From Octopus vulgaris (lineage: Eukaryota), in NCBI GenBank assembly GCA_951406725.2, contig OX597815.1:69998001-70062000 (forward strand): a DNA stretch of 64,000 nucleotides, written 5' to 3'. Shown one piece after another: positions 27,503 to 42,002 of this stretch; position 1 is the stretch's first letter; each line of letters opens with the position of its first letter. Below the pieces are notes generated by a model. It was not told where the DNA came from. It was given only the letters and a program-made list of their open reading frames with translations, and searched no databases. A program made the position numbers and the translations under genes.

Positions 27503-30500
27503 TATATATGTGTGTGTGTGTCTTTGTGATGTTCTCCCATCACCATCTAACAACCAGTGTTAGCGTGTTTACGTCTCTGTAACTTAGCAATTCAGCAAAA
27601 GAACTGGCAGAATAAGTACCAGGCTTCAAAACAAAAAAATAAGTACTGAGATCAATTCATTCAACTAAAGAATTCTTCAAGGCGGTGCTTCCAGCATGGC
27701 CACAGTCTACTGACTGAAACAAGTAAGAGATAATGATAGTACTCATGCTGCCAAAGACTGACTGTTACCACTCCAAAATTATTAGGAGTACCAATAATAA
27801 TACTCTTTTCATACTGAAAATGGCCTTCAAAAACAAAAATAAAATTATTTTGCAAGCTTAACCCTTTTGTTACCATATTTCTGTGTTTGTTTCAATTAAT
27901 TTTGAAAATAATGAAGAATTTGGTAAAATAATTTTGTCAGTATTCTGTTGGTGATTGGAACATAAGTATGAGATTTTGATAGAAGATTCTAATTTAGATC
28001 ATTTTAAAATGTTAAGTTTATATGAGAGATCCAAGGTGTGTGTGTGTGGGGGGGGTCAGGCAGGTTGATATCAAGACAGTTAAATGAAAGAATATGTTGC
28101 ACTAAATAGTTAAATGGTTTGATATCAAGTTTTATGACAGATATAGTTCTATGTTCAAATTCTGCCTGGATCAAGTCTTTCTTTCATCACTTGGGGATTA
28201 ATAAAGTATCGATATTGAATGCATTCTTTCTACAAATTGTCAATCAACTCAGTATAAATCTTCCAAATAGTGAGAACATTACAATAGCAGACAGTGTGTT
28301 GCAATCCTCAACAAAACAAGTGTTAAACTGAAATTCTAAGATTTTAATATAGGTGCAGGCATACCAATGTGTTAAGTTTACTTCCCATGCACATGATTCT
28401 AGGTTCAGTCCCAGTGCAGAACCTTCTACTATAGTTTCGGACTGACCAAAGCTATGAGTGGATTTGGTAGACAGAAACTGAAAGAAGCCCATCATGTGTG
28501 TGTGTCTGAGTCAGTGTTAGTCCCTCACAACCACTTGACAACCAATGTTGGTGTGTTTGCATCCCCGTAACTTAGTGGTTTGGCAAGAGACTGAATAAGT
28601 ACCATGCTTAAAAAAAAAAAATCTGTGGCCAATTCATTCAACAAAAATTTTTCATGGTAGTGCCCCAGTATAGCTGCAGTTGAATTACTGAAACAAGTAA
28701 AAGATAATTAAGAAATATTTTTTTAAGTATTTTACCAAAGAAAAAAATTCTTATCACTACAAACTTCAGCTTAGCCATAAAGGGAATATTAAACAAACTG
28801 TCTACCTTATTACAAAGCTAAAAGAACAGTGTTATGGTTCATATATTTTTCATGTGTGTTTCTATGGTACTTCATATACATCACCATCTAACCCATAACC
28901 CATGCTAGCATAGGTTAGATGGCAATGTATTTATAGCTGGATGCCCTTCCTGCTGCCAACCCTTACTGATTCTTCAAGTAAGGAAATTCTTTTAATTCAC
29001 AGGTTTTTGAAAGCACTGAGTAAGAGGATGTCAAAGCTGACAATGGAGCTCAACAGCCTTGAGTCTGCCAGATCCTGTCAAACCAGCCAACCCATGCCAG
29101 CAAGAATGGAAAGTGGATGTTAAATGATGAGGATGATGAGATATGTGTGTGTGTGTGTGCACTTGCACACATATGAACATGCAAATATGCATGAATGTTG
29201 ATATTTTGCTAAATCACCGTTTGAGCAATGTGGTGCTCTTGTTGATATTGTAACACCTGTAACTCTGCACTTTCAAAGACCTCTAGTATATAAAAATCCT
29301 GTACCTGAAAAACAGACAAAGGTTTGTGACAGGAAGAGCATCCAGTCGTAAAGTCCATTCTCAAAATCAATTCCTGTCCAAACTACGCTAGCATGGAAAA
29401 AACAAATGTTAAACAATTTGAATATATTTTGCAGAAAGAAAAAAGAAATGACACCAACATATCTTCATTGCTGGTTCAACACTTATTTCTTACCTATAAG
29501 TGAGACATGTGTAGGCTAAGTATTTTATTTGGCATAGTTCTTGCAGCAGATTATGTTCTTCAACTGCATTAATGTTATAGTGTATTCATAGAACCACTTC
29601 TGAATTTCAAAGTTCTCTTGAACTTGTTATATGTCAAGTTATTATTATTTAGCAATATCTAACAATAAAGGTACAGAAATAGCTGGGTGGTTAAGAAATA
29701 TGCTTCTCAACTACATGAATTCAGGTTCAATCCTACTGAATGGCATCTAGGGCAAACATTCAGCTGCTATAGCACTGGGCCAACCAAAATCTTGAGTGAA
29801 TTTGGTATAGAGAAACTAAAAGAAACCCATTGTGGATGGATGGATGGATAGATATTGCTATCCATTCATCATCTCTGCCCACTATTCTTGGTAAGATCAT
29901 GGAACAGAGTCCTCAAGCACCTCCTCCTTAGGGACCTATCAGAAACAACCATCATTAGCCTTTCTGGCTTGATCCCAAGCATGACCAACTGAGACTATGG
30001 ATATTATCCAACAATCTCATTTTTAGCCTATCCTTAGGTCTCCTGTTGCTTGGCTCAGGTTGAAGAATCCATCTTGCTACTCTTTCCTGCAACATAATAT
30101 GTATATACACATATACACATGTGTGTGTGTGTTTACATTTGCACTCTATAAAAGTTACTTGTGATGAGCAGTTGTGTGGATCGTGCCTTCAATGATGTGG
30201 GAAATAAGAGACACGCCCCCTTACTTGAAAAACAGTTAAGGATTAGCAACAGAAAGAGCATCCAGCTACACAGACATTGGAGTACATTGCAGTCCTCAGA
30301 TACACTGGATCCTGTCAAACCACCATGCCAGCAGAGAAGATAAATGTTTTGAATAAGGGGAAAAAATCCAAAGTGTAAAAGTGAACTCTCCAGGTGGTTG
30401 TAGTAGTGAACTACTAGCTGATAAACAAGTTTTAATCTACTGGTAATGTTTTTGTGTCTTGTGAGTAAGTACATTTAATTCTCCACAGTTCATTTAGTTG

Positions 30501-31093
30501 ATAGTAATCAATACTTTTCATCTGGTAATGTTACGGTTTCTCATCCAAGGAGGTTTATTTCTCATCTGTTTAAGCCCCAGAATAATAAAAGCTAAAGCAC
30601 TGGCTCTCAGAAGCACCTTACGAATTTCATAACTTGAACTACACCCTGACACCTCAACACCATCTTTTTCCAGTCGGGATAGCTATGCATCTACAGCGAA
30701 ACACCTGTTCCTCTACCATATGTTAACCTCCCTCAATACTACTACTCAGTTGAGAGCTCTTGCAAATTACTTGGTATCTTACAAGTACCAACACCACAAA
30801 GAAAGCACCCCAATACACTCTGTAGAATGAGTGGCATTAGGAAAAGACATTCAGCTGCAGAAACCATACCAAAGTAGACACTGGAGCTTGGTACAGTCCC
30901 CTGATTCATTGGTTTCCAAACAATCCAAATCATGCCACCATGGAAAACAGATGTTAAACAATGATGATATGCCATACATAGTAAATAGGTTGAGGTATAC
31001 TATTAGATTTTGGTCAAAATCTCAATCAACAAAATGAAATAAGAAATAAAAATGAGATGAAAGTTGATTATCTGTCATGTAAATATTAATAAT

Positions 31094-32160
31094 GGGGCTG
31101 TTCTAAAAGTAATGCAAAAGTGGGCATAACTTTTTTATTAATTGATAAAGTTCATTCTAATTGCAGATATGGGAAGAGTAACTCTTCTTGCTTTTCATTG
31201 CAGACAATGGATTTCAAGCAGAAACAACATGCCATCATTCTGTTCTTGATGAAAGAAGAGTGCAGGCTAACATCCAGACAGCTATAAGTTGTTTACAGAA
31301 ATGACACCATTGACAAAAGCAGTCTGCACAGCTGGATGAGGAAGTTTGAAGTAGAAACTGACATTGAAGACAAACCATACAGTGAGAGACCATCAACTGC
31401 AACCACTAACAGGAATCACTAGTAAGGAGACAAAATAATTCACACAGTCAAGCAAGTCAAAATGCATTATATAAGATGATGGAAGACTTTGGATATCAGA
31501 AAGTGTATGCAAATTAGGTACCTCAGGAGAGGAAGGGGGAATTCTGTTCTGATCTGCTGTAAGCATTTGAAGTAAATGAAGACATGCATTTTTTTTCCAA
31601 TTTGGTGACAAGGAATGAAATGTAGGTGTAGCTTTAAGGCCTGGAAATAAAGGCTATGAAATAGTGTCACACCTCATTTCCATGGTCTAAGAAGTTTGAG
31701 AGACAGCAACTGGTGCAAAAGTCATGGTGACTGTTTGTGGAGATGACAAGGGGATCCTTTTCCTTAATTTTATGTAATGTGGTTGTATTCTGAGCAGTGA
31801 GTAGCACATTCAGACACTCACAAAGTCATTAAGAGGAAGAGACCCAAGAATCTGAAAACAATCCGCATTCACTATGACAATGAGAAACTACATGTTAGGC
31901 AACAAACCAAGCAACTGATAGATATTAGGCTAATTAGTAGTCTCCTATCCACTGTACAGCCCAGATCTGGTACCCTCCAACTTCCATCTGTTCAGTACAA
32001 TGAAGAATAGTCTTCAGGGACCATGATCTGATGACAAAGATGAGTGAAAGTGATTGTGAAGAAGTAGGTACAACAGGTTGCATCTAAATTTTTTCAAAGA
32101 TTTGAGTTTGAATCAACAATGTTGCAAATGCATCTCTTATGGAGACTATGTCAAGTAGAA
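31094..32160 (+). mobile_element. Degenerate mariner-type transposase remnant
   Basis: MDFKQKQHAIILFL.., KVMVTV, HYDNEKLH (HDNARPH-like), PLYSPDLVPSNFHLF (PPYSPDLAPSDF); many stops and frameshifts. Confidence 0.8.
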
Positions 32161-34245
32161 CTTTTTAGAGGAAAAGCTACTCTTAACATACTTTCAGTAG
32201 AATCTTCTTAATTGAATAAAAATAAATTAAGTGAATGAGGAGTCCAGAAAAAAACTAGTATAAAAATTCCATTAATTATTGATAGAAAAAAAAATGTATG
32301 GCAAACTCCACAAGCTACAGGAAACCTTATCTAAGATGGCACTATCTCTGAACAAAACCTATACAGGATAATGGGGGTCCTTTAGTCATGACCTACTTTT
32401 AGGTCAGAAAAGGAACTTCAGAGGGATGATATTCAGGGAAGGCAGGGTTGGGTATAGTGATAAGTATAGTGCCTGAAGGGACTGAATAGAAAATAGATGA
32501 CAAGGAGGAAGAAAGATGTAAGAGGTGGGAGGACTTTTATGAAGGTGACACAAGACCAGCTAATTCTGAGGAGCAGAGTCCATTGCTGTAGCACACTAAA
32601 ATGCACTCAATCAACACCATAAAGTAGCTGGTGATAGGAATGATATTCATTGTACATGACATGCAAAAACAATGTATGTACTACAACATCAAAGGTTGGT
32701 AACTTTCTCTGTTGCTGTGTCTCTCAAATGACAAAGGAACAAAACAAATGAGATGTACTACCCATATCAGCATAGAAAAACATCTAAAATGAAGATGGTA
32801 AATAGTTACAAGAGCAAATGACAAAGCTGAAATATACAGAACTGTTTATAAAAGGGTTTTCAAAAGAATCTAACAAGATTAGAATAAAAATTCAGTTTAG
32901 CAATGTATCAAATGGATGCAGGATTGCATGTCTCCTAAGACTACATGATTAAGAAGTCTGCTTCCTAACCATGTGGTTAAGTTTCTTCTAAAGCCAGGGT
33001 TGACTAAAACCTTGAGAACAAATTTTGTAGAGAGAAACCAAGAAGCCCATCATGTTCATACGTGTGAGTGTGTCAATGTCTACATTTGTGTCTCCTTGTC
33101 TCATCATCACATGATAGTTCTAAATAAGTGTCCCTGTCATACAGACAGTGTCTTTCATTAATAATATTCTGTAAAAACATGTCTGGTCATGTGGAAATAT
33201 TAACTTGCTTGAAAACAAGCAAGGCTTTGGCAATGGAGAGTACCTGGTCATAGACAATCTGCCTTAATAAACCCCATGTACATTAATATGATGACTAGTG
33301 GCATGTAAAAGAACACCCATTACTCTTGGAGTGGTTGGCATTAGGAAGGGCATCCAGCCATAGGAACCATGCCAAATCAGATTGGAACCTGGTGTAGCCC
33401 TAAAGTTTACCAATTTCAGACAAACTGCCTAACCTATGCCAACATGGAAAGCAGACACTAAATGAAGATGATGATGATAGAAAAACACCAACATTAAAAT
33501 ACTAGCATTTGTAATGCTAGTCACAAAAACTTTACACTTAAAAGTAAAGTAATAATTCTAAAATGAGGATTCTTAGTTGAAGTATAAAAAGACATAGAAA
33601 GAGAACAACTTGTGGGGTTAATGTTTATTTAAAGCTACATACAATGGAAAATACTGAGGAATGGGATTTTGTTTTACAAAGGGACTGCAGGCAGATTTAG
33701 TAGAGAAGGCAATGAAATTAATGAGTGCACCTGTAGAGCAGGAATAGCCTTGGGTGAGCTGACAGACAATTAACACTGTTAAACATGATGTAAGATAAAT
33801 TATGCAGTCAAAACCACCTGCAAAATACAATCTGTAACCTGCAAATTTGAGTCACTCAAAATCCTCACTAGGATAGTCACAATAAGACATACTTTTATCA
33901 GACCCAACACATTAACATTAGAAGTTACGATGTTATTGCTGTAGTTGTTGTTTAGCTATTGCTCAGTTGTGATTGAACAGTCATATAAAACAATGGTAAT
34001 TAAGCTGGATGCTGTTGTGTATAATAGGTATTTTGTAAAATTTTATAAACAGCTGTTGATGTGGGTATGGTAGTGTGGTTAGGAAACTTGCTTATCAACT
34101 ATATGGTTTCAGCTTCAGTTCTATTGCATGGAATCCTGTGCAAGTGTGTAAACTACAATAGCTCCAGACTGAACGAAGTCTTGTGAGTGGATTTGGTAGA
34201 TGGAAACTAAAAGAAACCAGTCATGTAAGTGTAAGCGTGAGTGTG

Positions 34246-34289
<44 letters not shown>

Positions 34290-34577
34290 ATGATAAGTGA
34301 CCAAGACCTTTGGCGATATGCTGTGCTTGAGTAGACTCATCAAGCCAAGTGAAATCATAGTCGTGGCCGATGCTGGTGCTACATATTCAGCACCTGCGCC
34401 GGTGGCACCATAAATAGCACTCATTACACTCTTGGAGCGGTTGGCATTAGGAAAGGCATCCAGCCATAGAAACCATGCCAAATCAGATTGGAACCTGGGG
34501 CACACCTCCAGCTTACCAGTTTCAGTCAAACCGTCTAACCCATGCTAGTATGGAAAACAAATGCTAAATGATGATTT

Positions 34578-34629
<52 letters not shown>

Positions 34630-36609
34630 AAGTCCCTTTCTCTCATATATAAATCAAAACATTAAAACAATTAAATTAATTTAACCCTAGGTGATTGAGA
34701 ATATTATTAAGATTTATATCTTTAAAAGTTTCATGGTACACAGGAAAGTCAAACATTTTTTGGTACTTGGAAAGCATTAAAAGTTAAAGAAACACTGAAC
34801 AAGCTTTCATCCAGCCACATTGATGAAGTAAATGCAATCAATCAAAAATTAATAGAGTCAACTGTTGAATATTTCATTAGTATCATATTTAATAGTATCA
34901 TCATCATCATCATCATCATCGTTCAACGTCCGTAGTATCATTAGTAGAATATCTTATCATCATCATATAATGTCCATTTTCCATGCTGGGATGGGTTGGA
35001 TAGTTTGAATGGATCCACATCTTCTTGCTCCAATATCTACTTCCGTATCATGCCCCATCATCTACTACTGGATCCCTTCCTAATGCCAAATTCTTTACAG
35101 CATGTGCTGGGTGCTATTATTCATGACACCAGCACTAGAGAGGTTGTTATGCAATCTACAAACCTAGGATCCCCCATAACTGAGTTGGGTTACAGAAGAG
35201 AGGAAGGCAGTTTTATGCAATGATATGAGGGTTATGATGAGAGAGAAGGAGCCAGAACAGATTTCTTATTGTAACAAAGCTACACACATTAAAAAAAAAA
35301 GGAAAGGCCTGCAGTGATGGCGAGGACTTGGAATTTGTAGCAACCATAAGGGTTCTAGTTTTGTATCATCTTTAAGATGAGATGGAGTTACAATACTATT
35401 TGTTTTCTTGATATGTTCAGCAATGTTCTCCAGTTATCAGTAATCCACTATCAGTAATCCACCCATCAAATAATATATTTCTTAAAAAAAGACTAGACTA
35501 AAAAAGTCTATTAAAGACATGCATCTAATTACCTGAATCAGTGGCTATGGTGGCATTAGTAAATTCACCCAAAATCTCGGAAGACAATTCTCTTAAACAA
35601 GATATCAGTTATTCTGACAAACATACTGATATTTATCTTGTTAACAATTAGAACAGGTTTCAGGAAATACAAGCAAGAGAAATACATAAACACTAACACA
35701 ATAAACCACATATTTTCCCTATTAGCTATTTTCCAGTCACACATACATCTATTTTTGGTTAAAAAAAAAGTGATAAACAAATCATCATCACACACTTTGT
35801 AAATAAATTAAATGGTAGATTTAATGACACCAAACTTGCAGCCCACAATAGCAAATCTCCCACTGTCACATATTTTCTTTTTCATCTCTACTGATTCTTG
35901 TAGAGAATACACACATCTGCATCATTTGTTAGGATCAGACATCTTCATATTTCTTTCTATTGACTGGTCCAATGTTGATGAGCACGTGTACAGAAATCCA
36001 TATAAAAAATTATGCAGCTTTACAGCATGGTCATGTAAATGCAAGCAAAGTCAGTACAATGTCGATAGCTGAGCATTGCGGGTGGTTGCTGGGGCACATT
36101 TTTCTGGTACAAGAACTTTTAACTGATCGCCAAACCATGTTATCAAAGATCAATCTGCGATAAGCGTGACATGGTTCACAACTGAACATACCATGTTATC
36201 CCAGATCAGTGACGACGAACCAGTGATAATCAAGGCTACATGTACTATGGTTGGTTGATCTTAGGAAAAATGTCCTGTAACTCATATACATACATAATGC
36301 TTTCTCTGAAGGCATTAGTTATGTAAATGAAATAACTTCAAGAATCTTTGGGGAGGGGAGAGCAAGGTAAGCTTGTTCTATGCCTATACCTTTCGAAAGG
36401 ACCATTAATAGTGTATTAAAAATAGGTCACACTGGGAAACAAAAGCACACCCTTAATCTCATCTTACTAAGAGTTTATTCTACTCCATGAGATTCTATTT
36501 ACAAATAATTGCAATGTTAACTTTCAATAAGGATTTCTCCCTTCGGTATACACACACACGTATTAATAAATACATACAGAGATTCAGGTGCCTGTATGTT
36601 ATGCATGTA

Positions 36610-36648
<39 letters not shown>

Positions 36649-37419
36649 TGTATACAAGTGCCGTAGATTAACAACACGATATTACATGATTAAACAATTA
36701 TTCGAAAATCCTAAAAATAATGTATTTACATTATATACGGAAAGGTATGAAAAGCCTTACATTATGCAGGAGTGCGAGAGGGAGATGAAGGGCACTATAT
36801 CTCTCTCTCTCTCATAGGTGGGTTTGTGTAAACAACGTATCATTTGGCATAAGCGACCTATATTTCATGCTGAAGATACCATGTGAGACTACATATGAAA
36901 TATTCTAATATAAAAAGACCCCAACAAAGCTACTTTTATTTTGTGTACAGCACAGCTAATGCAAGAAAGGGGGAAGAAAACAAGTGAACAATACAAGGAA
37001 AATTGATTAAATAACACACACAAAAAAATAACATGCATGAGTCATTACCACTACTACTACAATAGCTATTCAGAATATGGAATAAAGCTACCAGCGAACG
37101 ACACCATTTCCAACAACGTTAACGGCTAATACCGTTTCTGATAGCACAACTCAACCACCACCATTATTACTGCTATTACCGTTACAACAATTAAAAGAAT
37201 TACAGTCACCATTTATGACAAACATTTCCATCAACAGCGCGAGTGTTTAAAAAAGAACAAGTGCCAACACCGCAAACGTCTCCAACAACAAGCAGCACCA
37301 ACCACTACTGACATCTAAAACGATCACCGTCCCGTATGATCATCGTCAGTCCTATACTGTACCACAGACACCCACCCCCATCATGTCTGTCTTCCTCATA
37401 CCGCCGTTACTATGACCTA

Positions 37420-37462
<43 letters not shown>

Positions 37463-39399
37463 ACCACTAAACATTTTAACACTATTACAGCTGTTACCAG
37501 CTACCCTCACTTCTACTATTATCCATTTATATATAATATAAATACGTATATATATATAATATAAATACATATATATATATATATTCTCTAACACAGCGGA
37601 TATATATAAATATATTGATTCTACCCATAACATATTACTTATAAGTGTGTTATCGATTTGGGGAGAATCGGTTGACATGGTCCAATTCCAACTAGATTTG
37701 AACTCAGAAACGTGATGCAAAGCTGTATAGCATAAATAAATCTATTGAAATCTGGTTCTCTGCTGTCCAACCAACCAGCCACTCGACATGTTAGCTATAA
37801 TAGTCAAATATTCCTCAAACTACACACACGAAATATTCTTTAAAATATGTGGGAAAGAGCACATTAATGTAGTCCAGAGTAAACTATGTCATTAAAAAAA
37901 GACGAGATGGTCATAACTGGAATACTTTGAATATAGGTCTGCTCAATCAAGACCGATCTGGAGTTCAACAACAACAACCACTAACAAGCAAATAAAGGAA
38001 GCTCTATTTAGTCGTTCAACCTGCTGGAAACAGTAGCATCATCTATATGAAACCAGGCCTAACGTCTTTAAAAATGGAAGGACGGGAAAATGAGACGGTA
38101 ACCATTTGAATGCCTTAGATCAAAGGTCTGTTCGATCAGAACTGACCAGGGGTTAAGCAACAATCAAAGCCAATACAAACCAAACATCGTAGATTGATAT
38201 AAAAAAAAAACACACAAGACATCGGTGATATAATGAAAAATGAGATCGCGCAGTGACATTCATGCATTTCTTTATCCATACACCTTGAAGATTTTAATCA
38301 ATGTGAAAAATAAAGCTAGTTTCAACTGGAAATCGAAACTGGGTCGCGAGTTCGACTCCTTCGGGAACTTAAGACGACTTTGGGCCAGTGAAATTAGAAC
38401 TCAAAACTCCAGAGACACGGAATTCTAAACACAGAAAGGAAGTAGAATGTAACAAGACGAGGTGAAGGGGAGGGTGGAAACGAGACATGTTATGTTGAGG
38501 GGAATAGGGAAAGGGTGAACGAAACTAATGGAAGTGGGAGGAGTATGATAAAACCAGAAAGAATAGAAATAGAGAGAGGGGGAGTCAAAAAGGGAGGGTG
38601 AGGATATGGATATATATATGGAAACGTGAAAAAATACATTTGAGATAAATTAAACGTGGACAGATATAAGAGAGAGGGGGCAGTCTATAGATATAAGTAA
38701 TTGAACGAGCGGAGCCGTAGAGAGAAATATGTATATAGCTAGCTATAGAGACAACACGTACTACAGTTCCCGAGAAATTGTTTGTGTCTGTAACACACAC
38801 AGAGTAACAGAAGAGTTGTAAAAACAAAAACTATATATTTTTTTTACTTAGTGCAAAAAATATCTCATATAGAGCTCAATACGTTAGATACAATAAATAT
38901 ATATATATATCTATATGAAAACTGAGTCTGCTCTTAGTTTTGCCCTTGGCTAAGCTGTATATGTATACAAGAATGTGTTATATATGTCCGATCCATGTTA
39001 GCATGGAAAAGTGGACGCTAAAACGGTGTTTGTTTGTATATATATATATATTATATATAACACACACAATGCGTGTAGAGAATGAAAGGTATGTTTTGCG
39101 AGAGTAAGAGATTATAAAGAAAGTATAATTGAAAGATAAAGAGGGGGAGGATGGAAGAGGAAAATGAGTGAAAAAGTCAGGCGACGTAACTAAACAATGT
39201 GAAGGGGGGAGCGATTGGCTAATATAATATATAAAAAAAAAACTTTCTGCTTGTCCAGACGGAGATCGCAAGAATACAATAAGAAAGATAGTTGGGTGGA
39301 TGGATGAGAAAAAACAGCAACTCCCCCCACCACTGCCGCGGTATTTACAGCTAACCATAACATTGATGATGATGATGAAAATGCTAAAATGTCTTTCTA

Positions 39400-40153
39400 A
39401 AACAGGCACAAGGCCAACAATTTTAGGGAGGTGGGTAAGTCGATTACATCGACCTCAGTACTTGACTAGTACTGTAAAAATTGACCCCGAAAAGATGAAA
39501 GGCAAGTTTTGAACTCAAAACATAAACAGCCGGAAGGAATGCCACTAAGCATTTAATCGGACGCGCTAACAATTCTGCCAGCTCGCAATCTTAATAATAA
39601 TCCTTTTTTTTTTTTTTTGTTTTGGCACAAAGCCAGCAATTTCGGAGGAAGTGGTAAGTCGATTACATTGACCCCGGTGCTCAACTGGTACTTATTTTAA
39701 CGATCCCGAGAGGATGAAAGTCAAAGTCGGCCACCGCAGCATTTGAACTCAGAGCGTAAAGACGGACAGAATACCGCTAAACATTTTGCCCGGCGCGCTA
39801 ACGACTCTGCCGGCTTGTCGCCTCAATAATAATAGTAATAATAATGATGATTTCAAATTCTGGTACAAGGACAATGGTTTTTGAAGGGAGGGACAAGTCG
39901 ATCACATCGACCCTAGTACTCGATTGGTTCTTTATTTTATCGGCTCCGAAAGGATGGAAGGTAAAGTTGACCTCGGCGGAATGACGGGGGTAAAGAATAT
40001 GCACACCACCCGTTTTCGGCGTAACCCTAACCCTAAATCCTAAGCACCGGGTGTGCGTATTCTTTACCTTCGCCGGCGGAATTCGGACCCAAACGTAAAG
40101 ACGGACAAAATGCCGCTAAGCATTTTATCCGACGCGCTAACTATTCTGCTAGC
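39400..40153 (-). mobile_element. Three head-to-tail copies of tRNA-derived SINE family B
   Basis: Unit GGCACAAGG..AAGTCGATTACATCGACC..GATGAAAGGCAAAGT..TTTGAACTCAG..CGCGCTAAC..TCTGCCAGC at ~39400, ~39622 and ~39858; decayed relatives near 12750, 24250 and 51050. Confidence 0.8.
39983..40074. mobile_element. 92-bp MITE with internal telomeric repeats
   Basis: 25-bp TIRs (21/25), perfect 8-bp TSD GGCGGAAT, core TAACCCTAACCCTAAATCCTAA; splits a SINE. Confidence 0.8.
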
Positions 40154-41959
40154 TTGAATAAAAATTTCAATCATATAATAATAGGTAAGCTCTTCAAGAG
40201 AGACAAAAGCTCATTTGAAAAGTATGAGTTTCACAAAAAAAGAAAAAAAAGTTTTTTTATTATATTATTGCTATTGTTGATGTCGCCGCAGCGGCTGGCG
40301 GCGGCTGCTGCTGCTGCTGCTGTTGTTATGACGGGCTCTGTGGTTAGAAACTCAAGCGCACGACACCAGTTTCGATTTCCAATTGGAGAAATCGTTCTCA
40401 CACACGTCACTAACGTTCGGGAAATGCATGATTTTCGCACAATTTCATTTCCCCCCACTTCTTGAGAATATCAAAGCTTTGTTCTATGTAGTAAAGACTT
40501 TTTCCTCCTTTCATAACCGTTTTTTCTCTTTTATTATTAGGAAGACGGCAGTGCGAGAACGCTTTCACAAGCGAACCCCGTCCACCTGTCTTCAAGTGTA
40601 AACACTGATATTTCTTCAGTAATGAACAAAGCCCGAGGTTTTAAAAAAGGGTGGGAGGTGAAATGCGTGATGATGTTTATTCCTGTCTTTCTAAAAATCA
40701 TTAGCAACATAAGTAAAACATGTTTGTACGTGCGCGCGTGCGTGTATATATATATATATATATAGGACATTTGTTGGCGCAATAGACACACACTATATTA
40801 TTTATATATATATATATATATAACACACACACATATATATATTTATTTATATATATAGAGCCAACAAATGTCCTAATGTAAGACACAAACTGTTAGTAGT
40901 GAGAGAGAAAGAGGGGGAGGATTATAAGGTGGGGAGAGTGCTGAGCGTTATGTCGATTTCCGTGGGACCGTGTGCTTCATAATACCAGTGTTTTACTACC
41001 CAAATAAAACTAGAAATATAGGTGTAATAGTGTAGTATAGAATACCCTTTTGCAACAACGCCTTAACAGAATATGTTGTACAGGCCACGAGATTAAAGCT
41101 TAGTAAATAGTATCTTTATACTCGAATGAGATGAAAGATAATAAACGGCATTCTTTGCCCTAATGGAGAGAAAAAACATAAATAGCATTTTATATATATA
41201 TATATACAGAATAAAGTATTAATAGATGTGTGATGCTGCAGGTTAAAGAATAAAAGCATATGCCCACGAGATAAAGTATTAATATTGCTACGGGATAACA
41301 AAAATATATATCAATAAATTTATATACTACAGCAAAGAGATAGAGTATTATTATTATTAAAAGCTGTATACCCCACAGGATAAAGCCTTTATATAATTGT
41401 ATAGCCATGGGAAACATTAACCCGTTATATATATATATTTATATATAGCGAGAGACAGGGTAATGCAGATAAACACAATTAGGCTTTATATATATAAACG
41501 AGTATATACACCTATATAAAGAAAACATCTGAATCACAGCACCTTCCTAGTGAAATTATCGATTCAATATCAAGGTCCATATGTATTATTATTGTTGTTG
41601 TTTAATCCCACCTTGTCCGAAATGTAAAATAACACAATGTCACGTACACAAGGGGAAGCTCTGCTGAACTCAATCGTTAATCAATTGATAAGAGGGAATG
41701 GGAAAGAAAAAAAAAAGCCACGCAAAATCGATAATATTTACAACTCACTAACTACAATGGAGTAAAGTAAAATCAACAAAGTGAAAAAGATCCTCTATGC
41801 AAAGTGAATGATTGGCGGCGATAAAACACTTTGGTCGGTCTCTCACAAACAAATAACTAGATATAGGACTAACACTAGTCTATCAGTTGTATAAATATAT
41901 AGTCTTACTACAAACAATTTAGCTTGCTTTATCTTGTGGAATCATTTCAATAAGGTGTA

Positions 41960-42002
<43 letters not shown>

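Noticed and set aside
38325-38370. tRNA gene (GGTCGCGAGTTCGACTCC B-box-like)
   Set aside because: No acceptor stem or cloverleaf could be built.
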